A DNA stretch of 64,000 nt from an uncultured Chloroflexia bacterium (GTDB lineage: Bacteria; Chloroflexota; Chloroflexia; Thermomicrobiales; UBA6265), in contig CAVRUC010000007.1 in assembly GCA_963724295.1 (NCBI GenBank), positions 736,001 to 800,000 on the forward strand, read 5' to 3'. Below, piece after piece: positions 37,195-48,184 of this stretch (position 1 is the stretch's first letter; the number at the start of each line of letters is the position of its first letter). The translations under genes and the position numbers were made by a program. The notes beneath the pieces were generated by a model. The model was not told the origin of the DNA. It did no database searches and saw only the letters and a list, made by a program, of their open reading frames with translations.

Positions 37195-38004
37195 TTGACG
37201 ACGCTGAACACCCGGCAAACGCTCTTTCTGGTCGTCTTGTTCGTGATCACGAGCCTGGCCTTTATCCAGCTTGACAGCCGCCGCGCGCTCGACCCGGTGA
37301 AAGATGCGATGCGCGCGGTCGTCGGCCCGATAGTCACCCAGGTCGGTAATGCCGGCCGGCGCGGCGACGTCGCCATGGAGCGCGAAATCGCCGCCGTGAA
37401 GGCGGAACGCGACCAACTTGCCGCCGAGAACGCGCAGCTCAAGGCAGCGGTGCGCGAGGTGGAGCAGCTCCGCCTGCAGGCCAAGCTGCAACAGGACCGG
37501 CCGACCTGGAAAATGCTCCAGGCCCGGGTCCAGACTCCCGACCCGACCAACCAGCAGAAATTCCTGACCATCGACAAGGGAGCCAAGAACGGGGTCGAGG
37601 TCGGGATGGCGGTCGTCGCCCAGGGACCCAACTACATCGGTCAGGTGACCGAGGTGTGGGAGGAGTCCTCCCGTGTCATGCTCATCGTCGACGTCACCCA
37701 GCGCGTCGGGGCACGCCTCGAGGGCGGCGGCGACGGCGTCGTTTTCGGCGAGTGGCAGAATGGTGGCCGCTTACAGCTGCGCTACCTCGATCGCGACAGC
37801 GACCCTCAACCCGGCGAGCTTGTGATGACGACTGACAGTCCATCCCTGCGCACGGCCCGGGTCCCAGGCGGCCTGATCGTCGGCCGCGTTGGCGACGCGC
37901 CGCCGAACGCGGCCCAGGGAGACACCCAGGTAGTGCCGGTGATCCCGCTCGTCGTCTTCGAGCGGCTCGAGGTGGTCACCGTCGTTCTCACCGAAAGTGC
38001 CTAG
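37195..38004 (+). CDS. mreC: Rod shape-determining protein MreC
   Basis: N-terminal TM, coiled coil 'LAAENAQL', 'TIDKGAKNGVEVGMAV', 'IGQVTEV'; follows mreB. Confidence 0.9.
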   Translation: MTTLNTRQTLFLVVLFVITSLAFIQLDSRRALDPVKDAMRAVVGPIVTQVGNAGRRGDVAMEREIAAVKAERDQLAAENAQLKAAVREVEQLRLQAKLQQDRPTWKMLQARVQTPDPTNQQKFLTIDKGAKNGVEVGMAVVAQGPNYIGQVTEVWEESSRVMLIVDVTQRVGARLEGGGDGVVFGEWQNGGRLQLRYLDRDSDPQPGELVMTTDSPSLRTARVPGGLIVGRVGDAPPNAAQGDTQVVPVIPLVVFERLEVVTVVLTESA

Positions 38005-39427
38005 CTCGCCCCCGCGGGACGCACGACTGATCGCCGCGCTGGCGGCGGCCAAAGCCACCGGCGCCGCGATCCGGGGTCTGGGACGCGGCGGTGGCACCGC
38101 GGCGCCTGGTCTCGTTGCGGAACGCATCGATCCCCGTCTCCTCGATAAGATCGCCAGACGCCTGCCGCAAGGAACTGTCGTGGTCGCCGGGACCAACGGC
38201 AAGACGACCGTCTCCCGCATGCTGGCCGACATCCTGCAGGCGCACGGGTCACGCGTCGCCCACAACCGCTCCGGCTCGAATCTCGTGCGCGGCGTTGCCA
38301 GCGCTCTGGCCAGCCAGTCTGATCTGACCGGCAGTCCGCGGGCCGATATCGGTGTCATCGAGAGTGACGAGGCGGCTTTTCCGGAGATCGTGCGCCGCGT
38401 CCAGCCGTCGGTGGTCCTGCTGAACAATCTGTTCCGGGACCAACTCGACCGCTATGGAGAGCTCGACACGATCGCGTCGCAGTGGCAGCCCGCGCTGCGA
38501 CGATTGCCGGCGGAGGCCACCGTCGTCGTCAACGTCGACGATCCGACACTGGCCGCGATCACGGAGGGGATTGACGCCCGCCGCGTCACCTTCGGGCTCG
38601 ACGATCGCAACCCGGGCTTCCTCCTCGACCAGATTCCGCATGCCGCCGACGCCAAGACTTGCCGGCATTGTGGACGGGATCTTGCCTACGATCGGTTGTA
38701 CAGCGCCCATCTTGGGGCGTGGCGCTGTCCGGGGTGTGGCGTCGAGCGCCCGCCTCTCGATTTCGCGGGAACATCGATCGTGCTGGACGGTGTCGACGCG
38801 CTGCGTCTCGAGGTCTCGCTCCCTGAGGAGTCCGAGGAATCGCTCGCATTGCAGTTGATGATTCCGGGGCTTTACAACGCCTACAACGCGGTCGCCGCGA
38901 CGGCCGTGGCGGAGACGCTCGGCGTGGCGCGGCAGACCATCGCCGGCGCACTCCGTGGGTACCGATCGGCGTTCGGCCGGATCGAGCGCGTGACCTATCG
39001 CGGGTGCTCGTTGACACTGGCCCTGGTCAAGAATCCGGTGGGGTTCAACGAGACCTTGCGCATGCTCACGGTGGCGACCGCCGGTCTGACCGTACCTACG
39101 CTGATCGCGATCAATGACCTCGCCGCGGACGGACGAGACGTCTCCTGGCTCTGGGACGTCGACTTCGAGATGCTCTGTGAAGGGTCGGCGCCGCTCTTCA
39201 CGACCGGCATTCGCGGCGCGGATATGGCGAACAGGCTCAAGTACGCGGGGGTGCCGTCAGAACGGATCATGCCTCTGCCGGCGGATCTCTCCACCGGTCT
39301 CGACGCGTTCGTCGACAGCCTCCCCGAAGGCGCGACCGGGTACGTCCTGCTGACCTACACCGCGCTCCTCGGGTTACGTCAGGCGCTCGCCGACCGGGGG
39401 GCAGTCGACCAGTTCTGGGAGCAATGA
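37997..39427 (+). CDS. murT: Lipid II isoglutaminyl synthase subunit MurT (Mur ligase family)
   Basis: 'GTNGKTT', 'ESDE', 'NLFRDQLDRYGE', zinc finger CRHC...CPGC, 'LVKNP.G', 'DGRDVSWLWD', 'TYTA'. Confidence 0.92.
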   Translation: MPSSPPRDARLIAALAAAKATGAAIRGLGRGGGTAAPGLVAERIDPRLLDKIARRLPQGTVVVAGTNGKTTVSRMLADILQAHGSRVAHNRSGSNLVRGVASALASQSDLTGSPRADIGVIESDEAAFPEIVRRVQPSVVLLNNLFRDQLDRYGELDTIASQWQPALRRLPAEATVVVNVDDPTLAAITEGIDARRVTFGLDDRNPGFLLDQIPHAADAKTCRHCGRDLAYDRLYSAHLGAWRCPGCGVERPPLDFAGTSIVLDGVDALRLEVSLPEESEESLALQLMIPGLYNAYNAVAATAVAETLGVARQTIAGALRGYRSAFGRIERVTYRGCSLTLALVKNPVGFNETLRMLTVATAGLTVPTLIAINDLAADGRDVSWLWDVDFEMLCEGSAPLFTTGIRGADMANRLKYAGVPSERIMPLPADLSTGLDAFVDSLPEGATGYVLLTYTALLGLRQALADRGAVDQFWEQ

Positions 39428-39443
39428 GGATGGCGGAGGGGAT

Positions 39444-40166
39444 ATGAGACTGACCATCGGCTGGCTCTACGCCTCGAAGATGAATATCTATGGCGACCGC
39501 GGCAACGTCATCGCGTTGCGACGGCGTGCCGAATGGCGCGGAATCGCGGCCGAGGTGCGCGAGATCGGCATGGGCGAGCCGATTCCGAGCGACGTCGACT
39601 GCTTTTTCTGGGGCGGCGGCCAGGACCAGGAGCAAGCCGCCGTCGCCCACGACCTGCGGGGTGCGAAGGGCGCGTCGCTGCGGGCGGCAGTCGAAGACGG
39701 GGCGGCCATGCTCGCCGTCTGTGGTGGTTACCAGCTTCTCGGCCACGAGTATCGGCCGCACGGCGCCGAACCGTTGCCAGGGATCGGCCTGTTCGACGCG
39801 ACCAGCATTGCCGGTCCCGAGCGATTCATCGGCAACGTCGTCATCGACAGCCGCTGGGGAGAGCTGGTCGGGTTCGAAAACCACAGTGGGTTGACCACAC
39901 TCGGCCCAGGCGTCGAGCCGATGGGCCGCGTCCGCGTCGGCCGCGGCAACAACGGGCGGGACGGCACCGAGGGCGCGATCTACCGCAACGCCGTCGGCTG
40001 CTACCTGCACGGGTCACTGCTACCCAAGAACCCGGTCCTGGCCGACTGGCTGGTGGCCCGTGCCCTCGAACGGCGCCACGGGTACGTCGATCTCCCCCCG
40101 CTGCCGGACGACGTGGAACACACCGCCCACGCCTCAGCCGTTCAGCGCGCGCTGCTCACACGGTAG
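39444..40166 (+). CDS. gatD: Glutamine amidotransferase subunit GatD (CobQ-like)
   Basis: 'MNIYGDRGN', 'GGGQD', catalytic 'VCGGYQ', 'GFENHSG', 'YLHGSLLPKNP'. Confidence 0.93.
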   Translation: MRLTIGWLYASKMNIYGDRGNVIALRRRAEWRGIAAEVREIGMGEPIPSDVDCFFWGGGQDQEQAAVAHDLRGAKGASLRAAVEDGAAMLAVCGGYQLLGHEYRPHGAEPLPGIGLFDATSIAGPERFIGNVVIDSRWGELVGFENHSGLTTLGPGVEPMGRVRVGRGNNGRDGTEGAIYRNAVGCYLHGSLLPKNPVLADWLVARALERRHGYVDLPPLPDDVEHTAHASAVQRALLTR

Positions 40167-40244
40167 AGTCGGACGAGGGTGGCGGGGTCGTTACTCGCTC
40201 CGCTCGTGGTGGGGCCAGGGTGGCGGGGAATCGGTGGCCCGGAA

Positions 40245-40278
40245 CCTGCCACCCTGCCACCCTGCCACCCTGCCACCC
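40245..40278. repeat. Tandem octamer (CCTGCCAC)x4
   Basis: Direct reading; near-complementary GGGTGGCGGGG copies at ~40177 and ~40218. Confidence 0.9.
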
Positions 40279-40374
40279 AAAAAGGCACGGCTATACTCGC
40301 TCCATCACAATCGATAGAGGTCAACTGGTGGCGCGGCAACGCGACCCATTGCCGCCCACCATGCGAGGGGCGAG

Positions 40375-42372
40375 ATGAACGACGACCCTACGGGTGCCCG
40401 GCATCCGGGATCGGGAACGCGGGCACGTGAGGTAGCCATCGAGACGCTGTTCCTCGAGCAGCGACGGTTTCCGCCTCCGGCCGATTTCGCGGCTCAAGCC
40501 AATGTCGACGACCCTGCGATCTACGAACGGGCCGCGGCTGACCCAGAGGGGTATTGGGCCGCAGAAGCGGCAAAGCTCGATTGGTACCGCCCCTGGGACA
40601 CCGTCCTGGAGTGGGATCCACCCTTCGCCAAGTGGTTCAACGGTGGTCAGCTCAATGTCGCCGTGAACTGCCTCGATCGCCATGTCAATGCCGGGGGCGG
40701 CGACAAGGTCGCCTACTACTGGGAGGGCGAGCCCGGAGACCGCAAGGTCATCACCTACAACGATCTCTTTCTGGACGTGAATCGAGCCGCCAACGCGTTG
40801 CGGGAGCTCGGCGTGCGGCGCGGCGACCGGGTCGCCATCTACATGCCGATGATTCCGGAGCTCCCCGTCGCGATGCTGGCCTGCGCCCGCATCGGCGCCC
40901 CACACACTGTCGTCTTCGGTGGGTTTTCTGCCGAGGCACTCGCCGACCGCATCAACGACTCACAGGCGAAGCTGGTGATCACCGCCGACGGCGGCTACCG
41001 GCGGGGCAAGGCCACCGGACTCAAGGTCAACGTCGACGAGGCAGTGCAACGGACACCGAGCATCGAGCATGTCCTGGTCGTTCAGCGCACGGGTCAAGAC
41101 GTCACCATGATGAACGGGCGCGACCTGTGGTGGCACGACGTCGTCCCGCGCCAATCAGAGTGGTGCGAACCGGAGCGGATGGAGAGCGAGGACATGCTCT
41201 ATCTGCTCTACACCTCCGGGACCACGGCCAAGCCGAAGGGGATCCTGCACACGACCGGCGGCTACCTGACCGGGATCACCAGCACGCACCGCGATGTCTT
41301 TGACATCAAGGAGAACGACGTCTTCTGGGCGGCAGCCGATATCGGCTGGGTGACCGGGCACTCCTACATCGTTTACGGGCCGCTGGCCAACCACACCACC
41401 GGGGTCATCTACGAGGGCACGCCCGACTGGCCGGACCCCAGCCGCTGGTGGGAGATCATCGAGCGCTACGGCGTGACGATCATCTACACGGCTCCGACCG
41501 CGATCCGCGCCCACATGAAATGGGGCCCCCAGTACGCGGAGCGACACGACCTCTCGTCGCTGCGTCTCCTGGGCACGGTCGGCGAGCCGATCAACCCGGA
41601 GGCCTGGATCTGGTACCACGAGCACATCGGCGGTGGCCGCTGTCCGGTCGTCGACACGTGGTGGCAGACGGAGACGGGCGGCATCATGATCTCGCCCCTG
41701 CCCGGGATTACCACCACCAAGCCAGGGTCCGCGACCAAACCAATTCCCGGCATCTTCGCCGACGTGGTCGATGACCAGGGCAATTCGGTGCCACTGGGCG
41801 AGGGCGGCTATCTCGTCCTCCAGCAGCCCTGGCCGTCAATGCTGCGCGGCATCTACGGTGATCCAGAGCGCTACAAGGCGACCTACTGGAGCAAGTTCCC
41901 CGGGATGTACTTCCCCGGTGACGGCGCCCGCCGCGACGAGGACGGCGACTACTGGCTCATGGGTCGCGTCGACGACGTCATGAATGTTTCCGGTCACCGC
42001 CTCTCCACGACCGAGATCGAGAGCGCGCTCGTCGACGACCGGCGGGTCGCCGAAGCCGCTGTGGTGGGCAGTGAAGACGAGATCACGGGCGAGGCTATCT
42101 GCTGCTTCGTCATCCTGAAGTCGGGTATCGAGCCCAGCGACGAACTTGGTGAGGAGCTGCGCCAGCATGTAGCGCGCAAGATCGGTCCGATCGCGCGACC
42201 ACGCCAGCTCATGTTCACACCCGATCTGCCCAAGACGCGCTCCGGCAAGATCATGCGCCGGCTTCTCCGCGACATCGCCGTCGGCCGCCAGCTCGGGGAT
42301 ACGACGACCCTGGCCGATGCCGGCGTCGTGGAAACGATCCGCGAGGCGACCCGGACGGCTTCTGACGATTAG
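40375..42372 (+). CDS. acs: Acetyl-CoA synthetase
   Basis: '[11 protein letters not shown]', '[11 protein letters not shown]', 'VGEPIN', 'DTWWQTETG', 'GRVDDV', acetylation-site motif '[11 protein letters not shown]'. Confidence 0.97.
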   Translation: MNDDPTGARHPGSGTRAREVAIETLFLEQRRFPPPADFAAQANVDDPAIYERAAADPEGYWAAEAAKLDWYRPWDTVLEWDPPFAKWFNGGQLNVAVNCLDRHVNAGGGDKVAYYWEGEPGDRKVITYNDLFLDVNRAANALRELGVRRGDRVAIYMPMIPELPVAMLACARIGAPHTVVFGGFSAEALADRINDSQAKLVITADGGYRRGKATGLKVNVDEAVQRTPSIEHVLVVQRTGQDVTMMNGRDLWWHDVVPRQSEWCEPERMESEDMLYLLYTSGTTAKPKGILHTTGGYLTGITSTHRDVFDIKENDVFWAAADIGWVTGHSYIVYGPLANHTTGVIYEGTPDWPDPSRWWEIIERYGVTIIYTAPTAIRAHMKWGPQYAERHDLSSLRLLGTVGEPINPEAWIWYHEHIGGGRCPVVDTWWQTETGGIMISPLPGITTTKPGSATKPIPGIFADVVDDQGNSVPLGEGGYLVLQQPWPSMLRGIYGDPERYKATYWSKFPGMYFPGDGARRDEDGDYWLMGRVDDVMNVSGHRLSTTEIESALVDDRRVAEAAVVGSEDEITGEAICCFVILKSGIEPSDELGEELRQHVARKIGPIARPRQLMFTPDLPKTRSGKIMRRLLRDIAVGRQLGDTTTLADAGVVETIREATRTASDD

Positions 42373-42376
42373 GCGA

Positions 42377-42498
42377 GGGGGTGTCGCTGCGCTCAGGGGG
42401 TGCCGGCTTCGCCTCAGAGGGTGTCGCCTTCGGCTCAGGGGGTGAAGGAGAAGGACGAGGCTTCTTCTCGACTCCTCGACTTCTCGACTCCTCGACTC
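42377..42498. repeat. Degenerate ~20-bp tandem repeat x3 followed by octamer T(T/C)CTCGAC x4
   Basis: gggggtgtcgctgcgctca / gggggtgccggcttcgcctca / gagggtgtcgccttcggctca / gggggtg (42377-42444); ttctcgac-tcctcgac x2 (42465-42496). Confidence 0.85.
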
Positions 42499-42500
42499 AC

Positions 42501-44441
42501 TCACAGGTACTCTCGGAACCACTCTACGATCCGGCGCATGCGGTCGACGCGGCGGTCCGGACGCCCGATCCCGGCCAGGAAATGCGGCTCGCCGGGGTAG
42601 CGCACCATTTGCGTCCGCACCCCTCGCGAGCGGAGGATAGCGAACAGGATCTCCGACTGCTCGGGTGGGCAACGAAGATCGTCCTCCGATTGCAACAGCA
42701 ACAGCGGCGCGGTGTTTCGGTGGATCTCCATGAATGGCGATGCCGCCAGGAACGCCTCGATGTCCTCCGGGAGGCGACCGATACCGACGAACCGCTCATC
42801 GGTGTAGCCGGAGAGGTCGGACCCGCCGTACCAGGAGACCCAGTTGCTGACCGGGTTCTCGCTGACCCCGGCGCCAAAGCGCCCCGGATGGTGACCGAGC
42901 AGCCAGTTCGTCATGTAGCCGCCACCGGACAGTCCCATCACCCCGATGCGCCGCGGGTCGGCGAGCCCGCTCTCGACCGCCCACTCCACGAGCTGGAGGT
43001 GGTCGGAGCCGTCGACGTCGCCCCAACGACCGTGGATGGCTCTGGCGAATCCCTCGCCGTAGCCGCTCGATCCCCGCGGGTTCGGATAAAGGACGTGAAA
43101 CCCGGCGCCGGCGAGGGCCAGCATCTCCAGCCAGGGTGTCGGCCCGTGCGCGGCGTGTGGACCGCCATGAATCTGGATGACGACCGGACCGGGTCGTGGC
43201 GCGTCTCGGCCCTCGATCAGCCAGGTATCGACGGAATGTCCGTCCGGGTGCGTCAACCGGTGACGGACCGGATCGCGGCGGTATGGCTCGAGCCAATCTG
43301 AGCCGTTGCTCGAGAGCTGGCGCATGGCGCCATCTTCGACCGCGTAGATCTCCGTGGCCCGGCCCCGGTCACTGGCGACCATCGCGATCCGATCGCCGGC
43401 GACCACGATCGCGTTGCAAACGATCTCGCCGGTAACGAGCGGGGACGCCTCGCCCGACGCCGCGTCGAAGCGATAGGGAATGGTCCGTCCTTCGTCGCCG
43501 ACCTGCGCCACGATGGTGGTGTCGTCGATCCACTCACAGGACACCACCGACCCGCGAACGACGAGATCGCCGGTGGTGACGTTGCTCACCGGGCGATCGA
43601 GATCTGCCCCAAGTCGTCGCAGCGACGTGCCATCGCCGACGTAGAGATGGTTGTCGGCCCAGGACGGTTGCCGCGGATAGTCCTTGCCGACGACCGCGAC
43701 GCGCGTGCCGTCCGGGGCAGGGCGGACCGCCGCGATACCTCCCGGCAGCTCGGCGAGGGAAGCCGGCTCGGCCGAATCATCGACGGCGATGCGCCAGGCC
43801 GCCGCTCGCTCGCTCAAGCGACGCATCCCGGCATCCGGCTCGGCGTCGGCGACGACCGCGATGTGCCGTCCATCCGGTAGCCAGCGCGCGTCCAGCACCT
43901 CCCACGCCGGATCGGTGAGTCGTCGCGCCTCGCCGTCGTCAACTGAAACGACCCATGCGCTCACTAGCTGATTTCGCAATCCGGTCTTGTCGAGCCTCCA
44001 GGCGAAGTCGTCGATCACGCGCGCGATCGGGTCCTTCGGATCGCCGACGGCCAGCCGCTCGACGCCGCTGAGCGCCATGATCAGCAACCGTCGCCCATCT
44101 GGCGACCACTGCACGGCCCTCGCATCCCCAGCAATGTCTGTCGCCAGGCGCGGTTCGCCGCCATCGAGCGGCAGGATCCAGGGCTGCTCGCGACCGCCGC
44201 GATCCGAGATGAATGCCAGTGACCGACCGTCGGGTGAGAACACCGGCCGGGTGTCGTTGACCGCCGCGTGGGTCAGTTGACGGGCATCGCCTCCCGACCA
44301 GGGCACGATCCAGAGATGCGTGCGGTAGGCGTTGTCCGCGATCACGCGCCGGCTGTAGACGACGGTCGAGCCGTCCGGCGAGAGCGCGGCATCCTGGATC
44401 TGCGCCTGGCGCAGCACATCTTCCGGCTGAAACGCGGTCAT
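42501..44441 (-). CDS. S9 family (acylaminoacyl/prolyl oligopeptidase-like) peptidase
   Basis: SPDG propeller repeats; 'IHGGPH', 'NPRGSSGYG', nucleophile 'GLSGGG', 'DLRC', 'EPH'. Confidence 0.93.
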   Translation of the reverse strand: MTAFQPEDVLRQAQIQDAALSPDGSTVVYSRRVIADNAYRTHLWIVPWSGGDARQLTHAAVNDTRPVFSPDGRSLAFISDRGGREQPWILPLDGGEPRLATDIAGDARAVQWSPDGRRLLIMALSGVERLAVGDPKDPIARVIDDFAWRLDKTGLRNQLVSAWVVSVDDGEARRLTDPAWEVLDARWLPDGRHIAVVADAEPDAGMRRLSERAAAWRIAVDDSAEPASLAELPGGIAAVRPAPDGTRVAVVGKDYPRQPSWADNHLYVGDGTSLRRLGADLDRPVSNVTTGDLVVRGSVVSCEWIDDTTIVAQVGDEGRTIPYRFDAASGEASPLVTGEIVCNAIVVAGDRIAMVASDRGRATEIYAVEDGAMRQLSSNGSDWLEPYRRDPVRHRLTHPDGHSVDTWLIEGRDAPRPGPVVIQIHGGPHAAHGPTPWLEMLALAGAGFHVLYPNPRGSSGYGEGFARAIHGRWGDVDGSDHLQLVEWAVESGLADPRRIGVMGLSGGGYMTNWLLGHHPGRFGAGVSENPVSNWVSWYGGSDLSGYTDERFVGIGRLPEDIEAFLAASPFMEIHRNTAPLLLLQSEDDLRCPPEQSEILFAILRSRGVRTQMVRYPGEPHFLAGIGRPDRRVDRMRRIVEWFREYL

Positions 44442-44570
44442 TTGACCCTGTGAAGCGGATCTCTCGTGGACTGGCACGGAAGATTCCTCCGGAGTTTCCT
44501 AGACTTCACGTTGCGCCGGAACCAGCATCGTCGCTACGCTCGCAAAGGCGTCGCACCGTCGGAGTCTGCC

Positions 44571-47463
44571 ATGCCCGAGTATCCCAGCGGAACCGTCGCC
44601 TTCCTCTTCACCGACATCGAGGGCAGCACCAAGCGCTGGGAGCGCGATTCCACGGCGATGTGGGCGGTGGTCGAGCGTCACTTCACCGTGCTTGCAAACG
44701 CGATCACCGCGCAGAACGGCGTCCTCTTCAAGACGATCGGCGATGCGGTCCAGGCGGCGTTCCCATCCGTGCCCGCTGCCGTCGCGGCCTCCGTCGCCGC
44801 GCAGTCGGCACTCCGAGAGGAAGAGTGGGGCGATCTGGGCCCGCTGCGCGTGCGAATGGCCGTCCATGTAGGGGAGGCTACACCCCGGGACGGCGACTAT
44901 CTCGCTCCCTGCCTGAACCGCCTCGCGCGCCTCCTCGGCACCGGGTATGGCGAACAGATCCTCCTCTCTGAGGCGGCCCGCGCCATGGCTGTATCGGCGC
45001 TGCCGCCTGGCTGTGATCTCCTCGATCTCGGCGTGCATCGCCTGCGAGACCTTTTGCAGCCGGAGCACATCTACCAGTTGCTCGGTCCTGGCCTGGTCGT
45101 CGACTTCCCTCCGCTCAAGAGTCTCGACCGCCACCTGCACAATCTTCCCGCGCAACCGTCCGCGCTCCTCGGCCGCGAATCTGAGGTCGCCGCGACGCGC
45201 GCCTTGCTGGAGCAAGAGGGCGCCCGCATCGTGACCCTGACCGGACCGGGTGGCACCGGGAAGACGCGACTCGGTCTCCAGGTCGGCGCGGAGCTGGTTG
45301 AGGCGTTCACTGACGGCGTCTGGTTCGTCCCGCTCGCCGCGATCGCCGATCCCGCTCTTGTCATTCCGGCGATCGCCCAGCCGCTCGGAGTGCGAGAGAT
45401 CCCCGGCGAGCCACTGCTGACGACGCTCCAGGAGTATCTGCGCAACAAGCACGCGCTGCTGCTGCTCGACAACTTCGAACATCTGACGGCCGCGGCCGCG
45501 GCAGTCTCGGCATTGCTCGCCGCCTGCCCCGGGGTCCAGGTGCTGGTCACCAGCCGAGAGCCACTCCGGATTACCGGCGAGCGCGAGCTGCCCGTGTCGC
45601 CGTTGGCGCTCCCTGACCCGCGCCAGGCGCGCGGGCTGAGTCCCGGCGCTCTTCTGGACTACTCGGCGATCCGCCTGTTCGTCGAGCGCGCGCAGGCTGT
45701 CAAGCCCGACTTCACGCTCACCGAAGCAACCGCGGCGGACGTCATTGCCATCTGCCGGCGGCTCGATGGTCTGCCGCTGGCGATCGAGCTCGCTGCCGCA
45801 CGCGTGCGGATCCTTCCTCCCAGCCAGCTCCTGAACCGGCTCGACACCCGCCTCAAGGTACTGACTGGGGGCAATCGCGACTTGCCGGCCCGGCAGCAGA
45901 CCCTCCGCGCCGCGATCGAGTGGAGCCACGAGCTGCTGGATCCAGGCGAGCAGGCGCTCTTCGCCCACCTGGCCGTCTTTTCGGGTGGCTGCACGTTTGA
46001 GGCGGCAGAGGCTGTCTGCGGTGCTGCGGGTGCTCTCCAGCTCGACGTCCTCGACGGCCTCGACTCCCTGACCCAGAAGAGCCTGCTCCGACCGGAAGAC
46101 GGCGCCGATGGCGAGACCCGCTTCACCATGCTGGAGACGATCCGGGAGTACGGCTTGGAGCGGCTGGACGCGACCGGGCATGCCGAGACGGTGCGGCGAG
46201 CACACGCGGACTATTTCGTGACGCTCGCGGAGGCGGCCGAACCGCAGTTGACGGGCGCAGATCAAGTTGACTGGTTGAACCGGCTTGGTGCCGAACATGA
46301 CAACTTCCGCTCGGCGATGGGGTGGCTCGAGCAGGGGAGTGAGATCGAGACACGACTCAGAATCGCGGCTGCACTGTGGCGATTTTGGTGGATGCGCGGT
46401 CACTTGGCGGAGGGTCGGGGGTGGTTGGAGCGAGCGTTGGCCGAAGCGAGTCAATCTGCCGCCCACCCTCCACGCAAATGCGCTCAGCAGCGCCGGCATC
46501 CTGGCCTCCAGCCAGGGCGATTATGAGCGGGCGACCGCTCTCCATGAGAAGGCGTTGGCTCTTCGAGAGCAGGCAGGAGACCAACTGGGAACGACCACAT
46601 CCCTGACCGAGCTCGGAATTATTGCTCGCCTGCTCGGTGACCTCGACCGCGCCACCACTCTGCACGAGCAGGCACTAACCCTCTGGCGCGACATCGGAGA
46701 TGAGCGTGGGATTGCCGGTTCACTCTATGAGCTTGGCTTGTTGGCCCTGACCCAAGGTAACTATGTGGAATCGGCACAGCTGCTCAATGAGAGTTTGGAG
46801 CTGTGTCGCATGTCTGGAGATGCTACTGCCTTGAGCAGTGTGCTCGAGAGCCTAGGCATCCTCGCGTTCTACCAGGAGGAATACGACAGCGCGGCTAAAT
46901 ACTACGCAGAGAGTTTGACGTTGTCGCGCGAGCTCGGTGACTCACGAATGATCGCCCACGCCCTCGTCAACCTGGGTGAGGTATTTCATCACCAGAGAGA
47001 CGTGGACAGCGCGGAGGCACACTACCAGGAGGCGCTAACCCTCCTTCGGGAGTTGGAAGAGAAACGCGGGACAGCCTTCGCGCTCTTCCAACTCGGAAAG
47101 GTTGCGTTGAGCCGAAACGACTGTGGTCAGGCCGCTTCTCTCTTTCTCGAAAGCTTGGCTCTCCGCCGTCAGCTTGGAGAAAAGTCCGCGATTATCGAAA
47201 GTGTCGAAGGCCTGGCAGGAGTAGCGGCCGTGAAGGGTGCGGCATCCCTGGCGGCACGCTTGTTCGCGGCTGCAGAGGCACACCGACGGGCTATTGGTGT
47301 GCCATTGCCGGCATCTTATGCCAAGGAGCACCAGCTGTTCCTGGCGTTGGCACGCGACACCCTGGGTGAAGAGCAATTCAGGGAAGAGTGGAGTCATGGG
47401 CAAGAATTGACGCTCGATACGACGATTGATGTTGTAGCTGAAGTTAGCCAACCGGCGGCGTAG
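44571..47463 (+). CDS. Adenylate/guanylate cyclase - NB-ARC (STAND) ATPase - TPR protein, +1 frameshift near 46450
   Basis: 'FTDIEGST', 'GDAV', Walker A 'GPGGTGKTRL', 'LLLDNFEH', 'LDGLPLAIELAA'; TPRs continue in the frame of ORF 46285-47463. Confidence 0.88.
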
Positions 47464-47530
47464 TCAAGAGGCAGCCGTGCCGCGGCGCCTCTTGGCATTC
47501 AGTAGACCGGAATTGCGAGCCGTCGTTGCC

Positions 47531-48184
47531 TCAGCGGCGGCGAATTATGCCTCCGCTAATCGGGAAGGGATCGGGGGCTTGATCGCATGGGGTTGACTCG
47601 TCGACGCACTTAACGCAGCAGTGATTTCTTGATGGCTCCCCGAGGCATTCAAGGCACGGACTCACGCAGTCGCCGCTTCTCGTGCAATCTGCGCAACACT
47701 GGCTGCCGGAATTGGGACATTGAAGGCAGCCTTCACGGCGTGTGCAAGTCTCAATGACAATCGGCTCTTCCTGGTTTTGGCGGTCAGGACGAAAGATCCA
47801 GCAGTCCGGTCCTCCGCAACACTCTCCCCCGCAGCTACAGAATCCGTCGTCACAACAAAAGCCAGGTCCGCTGGAGCTTGTGCTCTCATCGGCCGGGCAG
47901 GCACCCTCGTCGCAACCGTGCCGTTCTCCATCGAGATCTTTGTCGTTATCACTGGTATTTTGGTCTGAATCGCGGTCGCTTCTAGCCGAGGCCGGATCGA
48001 CAACGGTGGCCTGATTGTCGTCACCACCGCTCGCGTCGGCAATGACTATGCCGTCGTCCTGGGCAGCGGTCGCGTGGATGCGGAGACTGCCCAACGCCCC
48101 CGCCAGCAGCCCTGCGAGCACCCGCCGCCGCGAGCTGCTCGTCGCCAGGGCCCGGGCCAGCTGGTCGAAGCGTTTCCCCTCCAT
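47531..48184 (-). CDS. Secreted cysteine-rich protein with Tat-like leader
   Basis: SD GAGGGGAG; MEGKRFDQLARAL...SRRRVL + hydrophobic stretch + AAQD; 22 Cys in the C-terminal ~130 aa. Confidence 0.75.
   Translation of the reverse strand: MEGKRFDQLARALATSSSRRRVLAGLLAGALGSLRIHATAAQDDGIVIADASGGDDNQATVVDPASARSDRDSDQNTSDNDKDLDGERHGCDEGACPADESTSSSGPGFCCDDGFCSCGGECCGGPDCWIFRPDRQNQEEPIVIETCTRREGCLQCPNSGSQCCADCTRSGDCVSPCLECLGEPSRNHCCVKCVDESTPCDQAPDPFPISGGIIRRR

Noticed and set aside
42377..42498. Possible CRISPR array
   Set aside because: Repeats are degenerate, contiguous and lack unique spacers; no cas genes in the window.
44499..46499. Long antisense or overlapping ORFs (also 19829-21535, 53595-55160, 2536-3834)
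   Set aside because: Shadow frames of recognisable genes, expected in high-GC DNA; no family motifs.
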